From Utricularia gibba (lineage: Eukaryota; Plantae; Magnoliophyta): a stretch of DNA of 64,000 nucleotides. Location of the stretch: positions 992,001-1,056,000 of the forward strand of contig NEEC01000020.1 in NCBI GenBank assembly GCA_002189035.1, read 5' to 3'. A program made the translations under genes and the position numbers. Shown piece after piece: positions 13,846 through 25,850 of this stretch. The notes below the pieces were generated by a model that worked only from the letters and a program-made list of their open reading frames with translations, was not told where the DNA came from and ran no database searches. Numbering within the stretch: position 1 is the stretch's first letter; every line of letters starts with the position of its first letter.

Positions 13846-14368
13846 TGATGGGGTATATATTGGCCGAGGGTAATCGGCTTCTAAAAGGCTGCCAAAAGAG
13901 ACTCTGATAGGATAATGCCAGTTGACAGACCGATATGTGTCAGAAATATGACAACGATGGCCGTATGGCACAGTCTGAAAAAGTGGCCGAATTATGGCAG
14001 AACAGGCGACCGATATCTGAAAAGCAAGATCACATAGCAGGCGCAGAAAGCAACCGATATCTGCAGATGTCAGGACTTGGATGGATCGAGCTCTTCTATA
14101 AGTAGAAGTCATTGTGAAGAACGGGTTCAACCCCTAGCCTCCCAACCTATACTTTTCTCCATCACCTCCGTCTAGTAAAAACTTTCTTCGGTGAGCTCCG
14201 ACAGCTATGTAGTTTTTCCGTCTCATGGTGGTTTCCACGTAAAAAATCCCCGTCTATTTTCATTTCATCCGGTCAAACCGAACAGACTACAGGAAGAAAC
14301 GATACCTTCGATACCACCCATAACCCGAAAATCGACCCAGTCCAGTATACCGATTTTCACCTGTAACA
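13846..14368 (+). repeat. 5' LTR of Tat element (523 bp)
   Basis: Direct repeat of 22456-22979, about 92% identical by eye. Confidence 0.95.
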
Positions 14369-14372
14369 TTTT

Positions 14373-14390
14373 TGACGCCCACCGTGGGGC
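14373..14390 (+). other. PBS of Tat element (tRNA-Lys type)
   Basis: TGACGCCCACCGTGGGGC, one mismatch from TGGCGCCCACCGTGGGGC, 4 nt after the LTR. Confidence 0.75.
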
Positions 14391-14444
14391 AGATCTATCG
14401 CCCCACTTGAGAAACCAATAGGAGCCGCTCACTAGACATCGATC

Positions 14445-17400
14445 ATGGCGGAAAATAGCACCGCCATCAACACAGTCCCCGATGGAAGTGTAGGCGTACA
14501 AGACCACAGTCTTATGATTACCAACAGGGAACAACTGAAGGCCCTCCTAACGGAAATTCTCTTCGACTTTAGGACACCTTCGGGGTTGAATTCCAATGCT
14601 CAGGAAGGGATACCCAAAACCGCACCACGAGTAGAAAAACAACCCCTGATTCCAGAATACCCCTCGGACACGAAGACTGAATCCGAAACCGAGGAGGAGA
14701 TGCTGTGAACAAAGAGGCGCAACCAAGTCATCTATGAGCCAGGAATAGATAGGGAAAACATGACTGGCGAAATCTTGGAAAAAGGGAAGAAGAGCTAAAG
14801 AGAGAGCTAGACCAGATCCGCGAGAGGAGAAGACTTATCGGCAAACGGATGTTGTCAGGGAGAAGAGAGAATAGGGGCTTCAGGGACGTTTTCGATCAGA
14901 ACATATGCATTGGGAGAGGTGATGTTCTGGCCGATATTGATCTGAGCCTGAAGAGCGGAGTTGAAGGAGCAGTTGGAACCACAGCGCTGTAGTTTGACCC
15001 TTTCTCGGACGAATTAATCAGGGAAGAGCTCGAGAGGGGATTCAGAGTCCCGGACGGATTACCCACGTATGACGGAAAAGGGGACCCCATATCTCATGTA
15101 ACCGACTTCGATATGAGGATGTCCACGGTTCGACATTCGGAAGCCATGAAATGTAAGCTGTTCGCTTGCTCGCTCCAAAAGGGAGCAAAGACTTGGATTA
15201 AACAATTAGAACCATGCAGTGTGGCATCCTATCAGGAGTTGGTGTTGCTACCCGATATGCTGTCAACATCGAAGCTCCACCTTCAAAGGCGGCATTGTAC
15301 TCTATTCGGTATGACCACCGAAAAGAGAGCTTGAGAAGATTAATCGACCGATTTAAACGCCTGGCGCAAGATGTCCAGCTGGATTTGAAGGAGAGGGTGG
15401 AGATAATGAAGCGGGACCTAGGAACGTCGAAGCTGGAGCAGAGTCTATCTAACTATTGGGAAAATATTGGGAAAATATTCGTCCCGTGCGCATGGAGTTA
15501 TACGCATTCGATTAGCGGGCCGTGCAAACTATTGGGAAAATAACCCTACCCGTAACATTCGGAGCGGTAGGGCAGAGCCGAACCGAGAGGTTGGAATTCT
15601 TGATCTTGGATTCGGAGGTCTCATACAACATCATCCTCAGGCGACCCGGCATCAACCAATTCGGTATGTTACCCTCCACTGTGCATCTGAAAATTAAATT
15701 TCCAACATCGAGGGGCATCTGCACGATGGATATCGACCAACCAGCCACCCGGTCCTATTATGTATCTTCTTGCCGGGACCCCTACGCGAAAAAGCCGAGA
15801 GTGATGATGGTGGAACAGGAACCTTGGGAACTTCCCAGACAAGCAATGGAACCGATGGGGTACAAGCCGGTGCAACTAGTATCAGGAGATGCGCAGAAGG
15901 CACCCCGCATTGGCGTCAATCTAGACACCGGATCCTAGAAGAGGTTAGCTGAACTTTTGATGAAGAACGCCGATATTTTTGCCTGGACTGCTGCAGATTT
16001 TGTAGGCATTGATCGATCCGTCGCTGAGCATCACATTGATACCTACTCGGGGGCAAAACCGATTCAGCAAAAGCAATGGCATTTCTCCGAGGAAAAGTGC
16101 CGAATTATCAAAGAAAAAACAAGGGAGCTTCTGGAAGCTGGTTACGTGAAGGAGATCTAGTACTCTGAGTGGGTAGCCAACCCAGTCGTCATCCCGAAGC
16201 CCGGGGGAAAAAGGAGAATGTGCGTCGACTTCATCGACCTCAACGCCTGCTGTAAAAGGGATCCTTACCCCTTGCCAAAGATTGATAAACTAGTGGACGC
16301 TATTGCCGGATCCCGATTCTTGAGCACCATGGATGCCTATTCGGGGTATCATCAAATCTTCGTTGCCGAGAAGAACCAACCAAAAACCACCTTCTACGCC
16401 AAGGATGGAGTTTACTGCTACGTGGCGATGCCCTTCGGTTTGAAGAATGCTGGGGCAACTTATCAGAGGTTGGTGAATAAGATATTCTCTTATGAAATCA
16501 GTACCTCGATGGAGGTGTATGTGGACGATATGATCGTGAAATCTATGAATGAAGAAGACCATTTAGCATATTTGGACTCTTGTTTCTCTCTATGTCGGTC
16601 GTACAAGTTAAAGCTCAACCCGTTGAAATGTTGCTTCGGAGAGAGAAATCGAAGTTGACCCCGAGAAGATTAAGGCAATATGCGAAATGCAACCCCAAGG
16701 ACAGTTAAGGAGTACCAGAGTCTCACGGGTAAACTGGCCACCCTCGGCCGCTTCATATCTCGGTCGGCTGACAAGTCGGCATCTTTCTTCAAGGCCTTGC
16801 GAAAGGGAAATGCTTTAGAATGGAACGAAGACTGTCAGATAGCCTTTGAGAAGCTCAAAAAATATCTCTCATCGCCCCCGCTTCTAGTGGCCCCGATGGA
16901 AGGGGAGCCCCTAGGACTTTATCTATCAATATCAACCATCTCGGGGATAAACACTTGCCGGTGTATTATGTGAGCAAAGCCTTACTGTCGACCAAAACTC
17001 GATACACAGTAACAGAGAAGTTCATTCTGGCTCTGAAAATGGCAGCCACCAAGGTGTGATCATATTTCCAGGATCGGCACATTGTGGTGTTCACTAATCA
17101 GTCTCTAAAGAACATTCTGTCTCGACCTGAGATTTCCGGAAGGGTCGCCAAATGGGCAGTTGAACTGAGTACTATGGATATTGAGTTTAAATCGAGAACA
17201 TCAATCAAGGCCCAGCCTCTCGCCGATTTTGTAGTCGAAATGACCAGGCCTATTGACCGTTTCGTGGAAACCAATGACCGATGGGCCATCTATGTTGACG
17301 GCTCAACATACAACGGAGCCGGAGGAGGAATAGACATCCGAACCTAGGATGGATGAAAATTCTTGTTCCTCGCCTCCAACAATGTGGCCGAATATGAAGC

Positions 17401-18993
17401 CCTAATTTAAGGGATGAAAATTGCCAAGGAGCTTGGAGTCGCGAAACTCGACGCTTACACCGATTCACAACTTGTGCAAGGACAGTTTTCAGGTGAATAT
17501 GAAACCCATGACCTGCTCATGGCTTTGTACTGCGTCAAGGTGAAGGAATTGGCAAAGACCTTCAAAGAGTTCACGTTGTCCCATGTTGCTCGTGAGGAAA
17601 ACAGGTCCGCGGATAGCCTCACTAGATTGGCCGCAGGATTCCCCGAATTAAAAGATGGGAGTGTGACGATCCGGTTGTGGGACCTTCAGTAACCTTGCAG
17701 GCAGTAAACCATATTACTCAGCAACCGGGGAACAATATCTCTCCGCAATTGAACCTTCTCGAGGATTGGACATTGCCCTATATCTGGTACCTACAAAGAG
17801 GAGAAACACCACCCGAAAAATCGGAAGCCCGACGGTTGGAGACTTGGGCAAAGAGATATACACTGGTGAACGGGACTCTTTATCAAAGATCCCTTGATGG
17901 ACCCCTATTGAGGTGTATCGGGAAAGAGCACTCTCAAGCGCTTATAGCCGATTTGCATGAAGGAGAATGTGGCAACTACGTCGGGATACGATCCTTATGT
18001 AGTAAAGCTTTGCGAAGCGGGTATTATTGGCCAACTATGAAGTGGGATATTAGCGAAATGGTGAAGAAGTGCAAAGTATGCCAATATCACGCAAATGTAC
18101 CAAGGAAATCGATGAACAACCTGACCCCTCTCCCACTCTCGTGCCCTTTTGATCGCTGGGGAGTGGATATTATGGGGCTGTTCTCCCAAACCTCGGGCCA
18201 AAGGAGGTTTGTCATCATGGGAGTCGAATATTTCTCCAAATGGGTCGAGGTTGAAGTAGTGGCAAAAATATCTAAAGAGGCAGTTATGCAATTTCTATGG
18301 AAAAATGTCTTCATCCGATTCGGGAAACCTCTGGAACTAGTGACCGATAATAGAACCCAGTTCGCTGGTGGAAGAATGGATGCATTCCTAAATAAATATT
18401 CGGTCAAGCATAACTTCACTTCGGTCTATCATCCTCAGAGCAATGGACTCACGGAGGTAACAAATCGAACGCTCAGACAAGGAATGAAAACCAAACTTGA
18501 AAATTTCGGGGGGTCATGGGCAGACCGGTTGGATGAAGTGCTGTGGTCATATCGTACCATGCCCCGAACTACTAAGGAAGAATCTCCCTTCTTATTGGTT
18601 TATGGTTCAGAAGCCGTATGCCCGATAGAACTAACCCTGAAGAGCAACCAGGTAGAGCACTATAATGAAGAGGAAAATGTTGATTTGCGAAAATTGGAGT
18701 TGGAGCTGTTGGAAGAAAAACGACAAAGCATCTATAGCCGACTAGGGGCTTATCAGAGAAGAACGGAGAAGAGTTACAACAAGTCGGTATCCCCAAGGGA
18801 ATTCTTCGAGGGAGATTTGGTGCTCCGAAGCATTCAATCACAGAGACATGTGGGGAAATTAGACCGCAACTGGGAGGGCCCTTATCGGATTTCAAGGGTG
18901 ATCGGAAAAGGAGCTTATCGACTAGAACGGTTAGATGGCGTGGAATTCTTAAGGTCATGGAATGCGCCCCACCTAAGGAAATTCTACGCCTAA
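14445..18993 (+). pseudogene. Tat gag-pol, fragmented; integrase part still open (17677-18993, 438 aa)
   Basis: Gag 'KCKLFACSLQKGAKTWIKQL'. Protease region 'LILDSEVSYNIILRRP'. RT 'MCVDFIDLN..C..DPYPLPKID' and 'YVDDMIVKS'. RH 'FTNQSLKNIL..GRVAKWAVEL'. Extra RNase H 'IYVDGS...NNVAEYEAL...TDSQLV'. Integrase HHCC, 'WGVDIMG' and 'WEGPY'. Confidence 0.92.
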
Positions 18994-19749
18994 CTAGCTC
19001 AATATCAATCTCTATCATAGGTTTACCCAGGATTTGATATTTTCTTTGTCAAAACATTCAAGTGGCCATAAATTCCTCCAAAGTGGAGGTGAGCGAACAA
19101 GACCATAAGCCCTGGCCAAGTCGCGTAAGACCGGGCAGATCCTCAAAATCTAAACCATAAGCCCTGGCCAAGTCATGTAAGCCCAGGTAGACTCCTGAAG
19201 CTTGTGCCCCCTGACGGGTTTCGCAAATCATAAGCCTAGGCAGATCTCCTAAGTCTGCACCCCCTGCTAGATACAGCAAATCAACTCGAGGTTTCCCCTG
19301 ATATATATATGTGGCCTCCTAAACCCAGGCGCCAGTGATAAGGGTAAGCCCTGGTACAATTCGAGCATCGGTTTCCTTAAACCACACGCGTAAGCCCCGA
19401 AAAGCCCTTAAGTACTCACCTTATTGCCGAGATCTCGAGACGGGAAGAGCACCCAAAGTGAATCCACCCAGGTTCAAAAAAATGGAGTTTTGGCCAGAAG
19501 AGGGCCCATTCGGATTGGGGAGGTCGCTCAACCCGTGAGGGGTTTCGATCTACTTCCCTAGCAGCAGTTCAGCTCGCATAAGGAAAGAAAGGAAAGACTA
19601 AGGCGAATAGAAATCAAAAAGCCCAACCAAAGGGTTGGAAACAAAAGCAGTATGTGAAGGTTGAGTAAACTAAGGAACGAGTCCCACATCGGGATTTCTA
19701 ACATACAAAAAACCCCAAATCGGGGATAGAAATATCAGTCCGGAAAAAA

Positions 19750-21964
19750 TTAGAGTTTAGGAGGAGGAAGGGGATTATCGGGCGGACCCATGGAAGGACC
19801 GACATGTCCCTCCATCCTTGCTCTCAGCTTGGCATCATTCTCTCGCCCTATCCTCGCCCGAATCAGCGCAATCAGCCTCCGATCAGCTTCAAACCCGAAC
19901 TCTAGGGCTTGATATACGTCAGCGATGATGTCCAACATATTCTCATCCTTCCTTAGTGGGTCGATCCCTGCGAAACGTGGATCAGTGATGGATAGCCCAA
20001 ACTCCCGGCTGAACTGACGCCTTTGCCAATACAAGAGAAGGCCGATTAAATCCTCGACGTAAATATCTTATTACTCGGAAAAGCAGGCCGAGTTCACGAA
20101 ATCTTCCAAAAGTCTCCCACGAGATGCCTCCTGGTTGAACAGCTCCGCCTCCAGGGCCGAAACGCGATCCTTCGCTTGTTTCAACTCTGCCTCCGCCTCC
20201 TCGAGTTGCACTTTGAAACTCTCCTTCTCGGAGTTGGCATCATCAATTGCCTTCCCCATTTCACCAACAAGGTTCTGCAACTCCTCTTCTCGGCGGGTAT
20301 GCTTCCTGAGCATACTTCTCAATTCGCTCCCTTCCTCCCCCATTAACTTTATCTTGGCATCCTGAGCCGCAATTTGAGCATGAAGCCGAGAGACTTCCTC
20401 CGAATGGGACCTCATTTCCTTGGCCATCCCCCATCCGAAGGTCAAAGCCTAGGATAAATTCGGCAAGTGAGGAACCGGATATACATGATTCCAAAAAAGA
20501 GAGAGAATACCTGCCAAATCCCCTTAAGTATAATTTCCGGCTGAACTCCCGAAAGATTGGGGTAGCCTCTTCTAAGGCTCTTCGTAGCTCCAAGGGGACC
20601 GAAGAGGGGGAAGAGTGGGATCCTCCCTTACCTGAATTGGAGGAGTGGAAATCCCCCCAGCCAAAATAAGTCCAGTGCCGAGAACGGGATCTTCATTGGG
20701 TATCGGAGAAGGGGGAGCCTTTCTTTTCCTTTTCCCGACGGGGAGGAGTCGATTCCCATGTCCCGGAAACCTCAACCACTTGATCCTTCGGGAGGTGACC
20801 GGCAGCATTTGAGTGAGCTGAGGGTGAATCGGCCTAGGAGAAAAGTTAAAAGGTTAAAATCAGAGACTCTTAGCAATGGGCCACCGTTAGTCAGACAAAC
20901 CTGCGCAGATGGAGCCGCATCCGATTCCTCCATTCGGCGCATCTCAACAGAGAAGCGCATCATCATCGAATCCTCCAAAGCGTTTTGTCGAGCCATCTTT
21001 TCAACTGCATATCAAAGCCGAAAAAATGGTGAAACACGATAAAGAAATTACAAGATAGGGGAGCGGAACCTGGCTACCTCTTTGCTTTTTAGAAGGTCTT
21101 TGCGCAAAAACCTGAACCCTTTTTAATTTATTTTGGGTTAAAGGCCAGGTAGAGGACTCGGTAGCCGGATCAGAGGGAAGAGGGTATAACTGATTAGAGG
21201 TGGGGAGGGCAGCCGAGTCAGAAGGAATATTACGTGGAGATTGCAAAAGAAGCTGATACTCCAAATCAGAACCCGGAGGAATAAGAAAATTGGGCCACTA
21301 CCCATACCGATTACGACCAAGGATCCTGCATGCCGATAAGGATTCTTGTGAAAGCATCAGGGCTCGAGACTCGAATCTAACAGAGCACTCACCCAGTCTC
21401 CGATATACCTCCCTACGAGATTTGTTAGAGGGACGGAAGTGTCTGAAAAGCTTTACTTTGAAAGGCGTGGGGGGGCTTAATCGGAAAATTCCACCTAGCC
21501 CCAGATTGGGGAGCGACCCAAATGAAGGAAAACCACCACTTATGGTGGGTATCGGGGTGATCTTCAAATCGGAGAAATTGGAAATGAGAAAAACTATGCA
21601 TGGGGCGCTTGGCCTTACGAACGGCAATTTTGAAAAGTTGGAAGAAATCCACCAGAGTCATATTTGGGTCCAAACCTGCCGAGTAGAAGAGGAAGGTGGT
21701 GAAACAGAATATTGAGTTGGGGGAAAGGCAGAAAAGGGGAATGGAGAACATGTTCAAGAATTGGACGATAAGGGGATGGAGAGGAAAGCGGAGACCACTC
21801 TCCAGGTAAGCTATAGGGATCCGAAGGCTGAATCGGGGTAGGGGTCGTTCCCCCATCCCCCACGGTATCTGACTATCCCTAGCTTGACTGGCGACATACT
21901 CATCGGGGATCGAATATTTGGTCCGAATAGCGAGAATGTTCAATTCACTAGATTTTCTATCCAT
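19750..21964 (-). pseudogene. Antisense extra ORF of the Tat element (Transposase_28-like domain, basic motif, coiled coil), fragmented
   Basis: Minus-strand ORF pieces: 21425-21964 ('LESGLRFPLHPLIVQFLNMFSIPLFCLSPNS'), 20572-20808 ('GKRKRK'), 20071-20445 (heptad-rich coiled coil) and 19750-20034. Confidence 0.72.
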
Positions 21965-22455
21965 CGTAGTTGAGAGAATAAGGGAGCGGAAAAACTAGGA
22001 ACGAGCGGAAAGAACCCTACGATAAAGAGACCCAAAAAAGGGGGAACCCGAGCCCCCAAAACTAAACGGAAAAGATGAAGGGTAGACTGGTACCTTTGAA
22101 GACCTCGATCTCCGATGGGATTTGCAGCGGCGAATGCGGCGGATGAGCACGACGGAGTTCGGGGAGCACTGAAATCATGCGAGCAAGCCAAGAAGGCAAA
22201 GGGGAAAAAATGATGGGGAGAGCATCTATTAATAGGGGAGATATTTGGGAGACGAAACGGCGCGTCGTTTGGGATGCCAAGAATGAGCAGGAAAAAACGT
22301 GGCACGCCCAAGAGGTGACGCGTGGCGAAGAAATTGGTCTGAACTGGCCTGAGACTCACCCATGAAAAGCGGCATGCCAGAAATCGGTGTAGTAGTAATT
22401 CTAATTCCCCGGTTTGCCCTAAAAAGGCCAATATTGGCAAATCAGAGGGGCTGAA

Positions 22456-22979
22456 TGATGAGGTATATATTGGCCGAGGGTAATCGGCTTCTAAAAGGCT
22501 GCCAAAAGAGACTTTGATAGGATAATGTCAGTCAACAGACCGATATATGTCATAAATCTGACAACGATGGCCGTATGGCACAGTCTGAAAAGCAGCCGAA
22601 TTATGGCAGAATCGGCGGCCGATATCTAAAAAGCAGATCACATAGCAAGCGCAGAAAGCAACCGATATCTGCAGATGTCAGGACTCGGATGGATCGAGCT
22701 CTTCTATAAGTAGAAGAAGTCATTGTGAAGAACGGCTTCGACCCCTAGCCTTCCAACCTGTACTTTTCTCCACCATCTCCGTCTAGTAAAAACTTTCTCC
22801 AGCGAGCTCCGATAGCTCCGTGGTTTTTCCGCCTCACGGTGGTTTCCACGTAAAAAATCCCCATCTATTTTCATTTTATCCGGTCGAACCGAACAGACTA
22901 GAGGAAGAAACGATACCTTCGATACCACCCATAACCCGAAAATCGACCCAGTCCAGTATACTGATTTTCACCCGTAACA
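22456..22979 (+). repeat. 3' LTR of Tat element (524 bp)
   Basis: Direct repeat of 13846-14368, followed by TSD GTAGT. Confidence 0.95.
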
Positions 22980-25199
22980 GTAGTAATGTTAGTGCTAAAT
23001 TTATTTTTAATGTAAAATCTTCTTAAAAGAAATTATTATTTTACTCAATTTCGTATGAAAAGGCTTTTAGTGAAGTAGAAAATATGTATTTTACAAAATT
23101 TATTACTTCTCATTTGCAACCACATTTTGTTCCAATTTCCTCAATAAAGGCTATTTCTATTTCTAATCTTTAAATTATAAAATTTGTTTAACTTGTGATA
23201 GATGGCATGGAATGAATGCAGATGATTATGTTATTGTTGTTGCTTCATAGGTAGATAACACATGGACCATGTAAAAGAAAATTTTAATGCTTCGACCTTA
23301 CGAACCTCCACACAAACATGCGCACATTGACATGTTTATTTTTTATAATTGCTGTGAATACATGATACATGGTCACATTTTTTCAATTACTTTAGATAAT
23401 GCTTCAAATAATTTGAGTGCAATTAGAATTTTGAGATCATTTATGAGTCCTATGTTAGAAGATACTTTTTTTAATGCAAGTTGCATTTGCTACATTTTAA
23501 ATTTATGTGTTGAAGGTGTTTTAGAACTTAATAGCATTTTTAGTTTACTTACTTTTTTTTATGAAAGTTAGTTAACCTTCTGAAAATTTCTAGTACAAAA
23601 AAAAACAGAATTTAAACGTTTATGTGAAACTAATAGAATTGCATTTAAAACTTTAAAGTGTGATTTATCAACCAGATAGAATTTCATATTTTTGATGATT
23701 CATTCCATACTTCCTTATAGAAATATAGTTAAAAATTTTGTTAATTTATTTCTTAACTAGTGCAAGTAATTCATTGTTTTTTTTATTTAAAATTCTATTA
23801 GCATTTTATCTCTATCGCCGCTTTGGCTCGTGTGCTTTGTTTTTTATTTTTTAATTTCTTTTAGTATTTGATCCTTACATCTTCTTTGGATTGATTGCTC
23901 CAAATACACATACAGACGTGGATTGCTCCAGCCCACTAGGTCATTCCAAGTACGAGTTGGGTCAATGACTTAACCCGCACGGATTTGACCTGCCTTGTGA
24001 GCTACTTAATTTTTTACACCGGGAAGTTGCACTCATTCCCGTACAAGTCCGAACCAGTCCCACCTCTAGGCATGGGTGTCAGTTATTGGGTGAACTTGCA
24101 AGAATGCTAACTATTGCTTGGTGATGCCCACACTTGAAACTGTTCTTGATTTTCTAATTCTCTTTTACTATATGCTTCAGGTACTATAAGAGTTCATTCT
24201 ATTCCTTAGACTTCTAGTTTTCATTGACTTTTTCATTACATTCTTCAATATCCTTGAGTTAAGCATCTCTATTGATCTATAATGGAGGAAATGAAGTGGG
24301 AAGATGAGATTTAGAAATTGATAACATACAACATAATAACCCTTAAGTGTAAACTATGCATCAGAGCTTTGACTTACTTGAGTATTGCCTGAAACACACA
24401 GTGACAACATTAACATGACCAAGAGGACGGAAGAAATAGGGTAGGTGGGGGATGCGGGAAAAGAAATGCATTACCATGGAAGAGGGGAAATGAAATGAAG
24501 GTAAGTAGGGGGATCATGAAAAACAAAATAAAAGGGATCGAGTTTTTTTTAGAAAAAGTATATTAATAATTTTATACATAAAATTCATTAATTATTCAAT
24601 TTTTTTTTTAGAGAAAGGTATAGAAAAAGACTTTGCACAACACTATTGTGCCTCTGGGTAATTGGGCTTTGTACAGTATTCATGATCTTACGGGTTTCAA
24701 CTACAATACTATTCTTCAATGGAACTTGGTATAACAACCCTATAAGATAATGGGGCTCTATACAACAACCTGACTCCTTTTGGTTTCACATGCAATATTT
24801 ATATCTAATGCAACTTTGTATAGTAACCCTCTTAGATAATGAATATCAGCAAATCAATCTCACTTCTATGAGTTTCACTAGCAATACCCATCTATAATGA
24901 AGCTCTGCATAATAACCCTCCAATACATAATTTTGCCCCTATGTATTTTCATATATGTTACTAATATATAATGACCCTCTACACAGAGATTCTCCATGGG
25001 ATAATGAAGGAGGCCACCCAACAACCTCCCACTAGATGACAATGAGAGTAGCGACTCGATAGTTCTCAATATTTAAATGTGACAACCTCCCTCTCATATG
25101 AAGCCTAAGTTAGTGTCCTGATAACCTTCAATTTATTATATTAGGTGGCAATGTGAAGGAATTGCCAACTTCTTGCCTATAAACTAAAGAATGGAGGAT

Positions 25200-25850
25200 A
25201 ATCTTACAAGCTTTTGTTTAAGATCGAGTACCACCACTAGTGAGATTCAACTCAAATATCAAGTTAGTGACCCCCACAAGGCATTGGAATCATAATGGAG
25301 ATTAAAAAAATATTATCCGACATATCCTGATGCTCACTCAGTAGCGCCTAACAAGGTAGGAAATTAGCAGCTCGTCAATTCTTTAGACAATTAATGTAAT
25401 GGCCTAATGAACTAATATCAAAATGAAGGTATGGATAGTAACCTGATGCCAACGATTATGAGCAGGCACTATTGCTTGTGGGTATACATGCCATAGTCAT
25501 ACCTCATCAATTACATCAGCAAGATTCTCAAAAACTGAAGGATGCAACTATCTACTAACAACTATTTGGGAAATTGATCTATTTGACACTCATGAGGCTG
25601 GATATTACATATGCAACATAAGTACTATCACAACACTTTCATTCACCAACAAAGCTGCACTTCAATGCTGCTCTTTGCGTTCTTCAATACTTGAAAGATT
25701 CTCTTGGACTAGGACTTCTCGGCAAACCTAGATGGCAACTTCAACTTCTAATGTATTCGAAGAGCCATTGGGCAAAATGCATGGACACACAATGATCAAT
25801 CCCTAGCAATTGGAAGTCAAAGCGCTAGAAAAAATGATATAGACTCATGG
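25200..25850 (+). mobile_element. Old Ty1/copia RT/RNase H fragment
   Basis: ~25560-25800 reads 'GKLIYLTLMRLDITYAT*VLSQHFHSPTKLHFNAALCVLQYLKDSLGLGL', matching the copia RT C-terminal pattern 'GRLIYLTITRPDISYAV..LSQFM..P...H..AA.RVL.YLK'. Left limit approximate. Confidence 0.65.

Larger units (their letters stand above)
13846..22979 (+). mobile_element. Structurally complete Ty3/gypsy element of the Tat clade (Retand/Ogre-like), coding region degenerate
   Basis: LTRs 13846-14368 and 22456-22979 (TG..CA), TSD GTAGT (13841-13845, 22980-22984), PBS at 14373, PPT at ~22441-22455. Gag-PR-RT-RH-aRH-INT order and a long 3' region with antisense ORF fragments. Confidence 0.95.
13007..24068 (+). mobile_element. 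Internally deleted hAT DNA transposon, carrying the Tat retrotransposon
   Basis: 8-bp TSD GGCATGGG at 12999-13006 and 24069-24076. Termini TAGAG.../...CCACCTCTA. BED finger 'WHDHF...KVRCKYC...FLRHIKTKH' (13631-13831). Transposase remnants 'IFSITLDNASNN' and 'CICYILNLCV' (23287-23571) and 'CDLSTR*NFTYFL' (~23660). Confidence 0.88.

Noticed and set aside
13111-24068. hAT starting at 13111
   Set aside because: The TIR match is better, but the flanks (GATACTAG vs GGCATGGG) do not match; the exact 8-bp TSD supports 13007.
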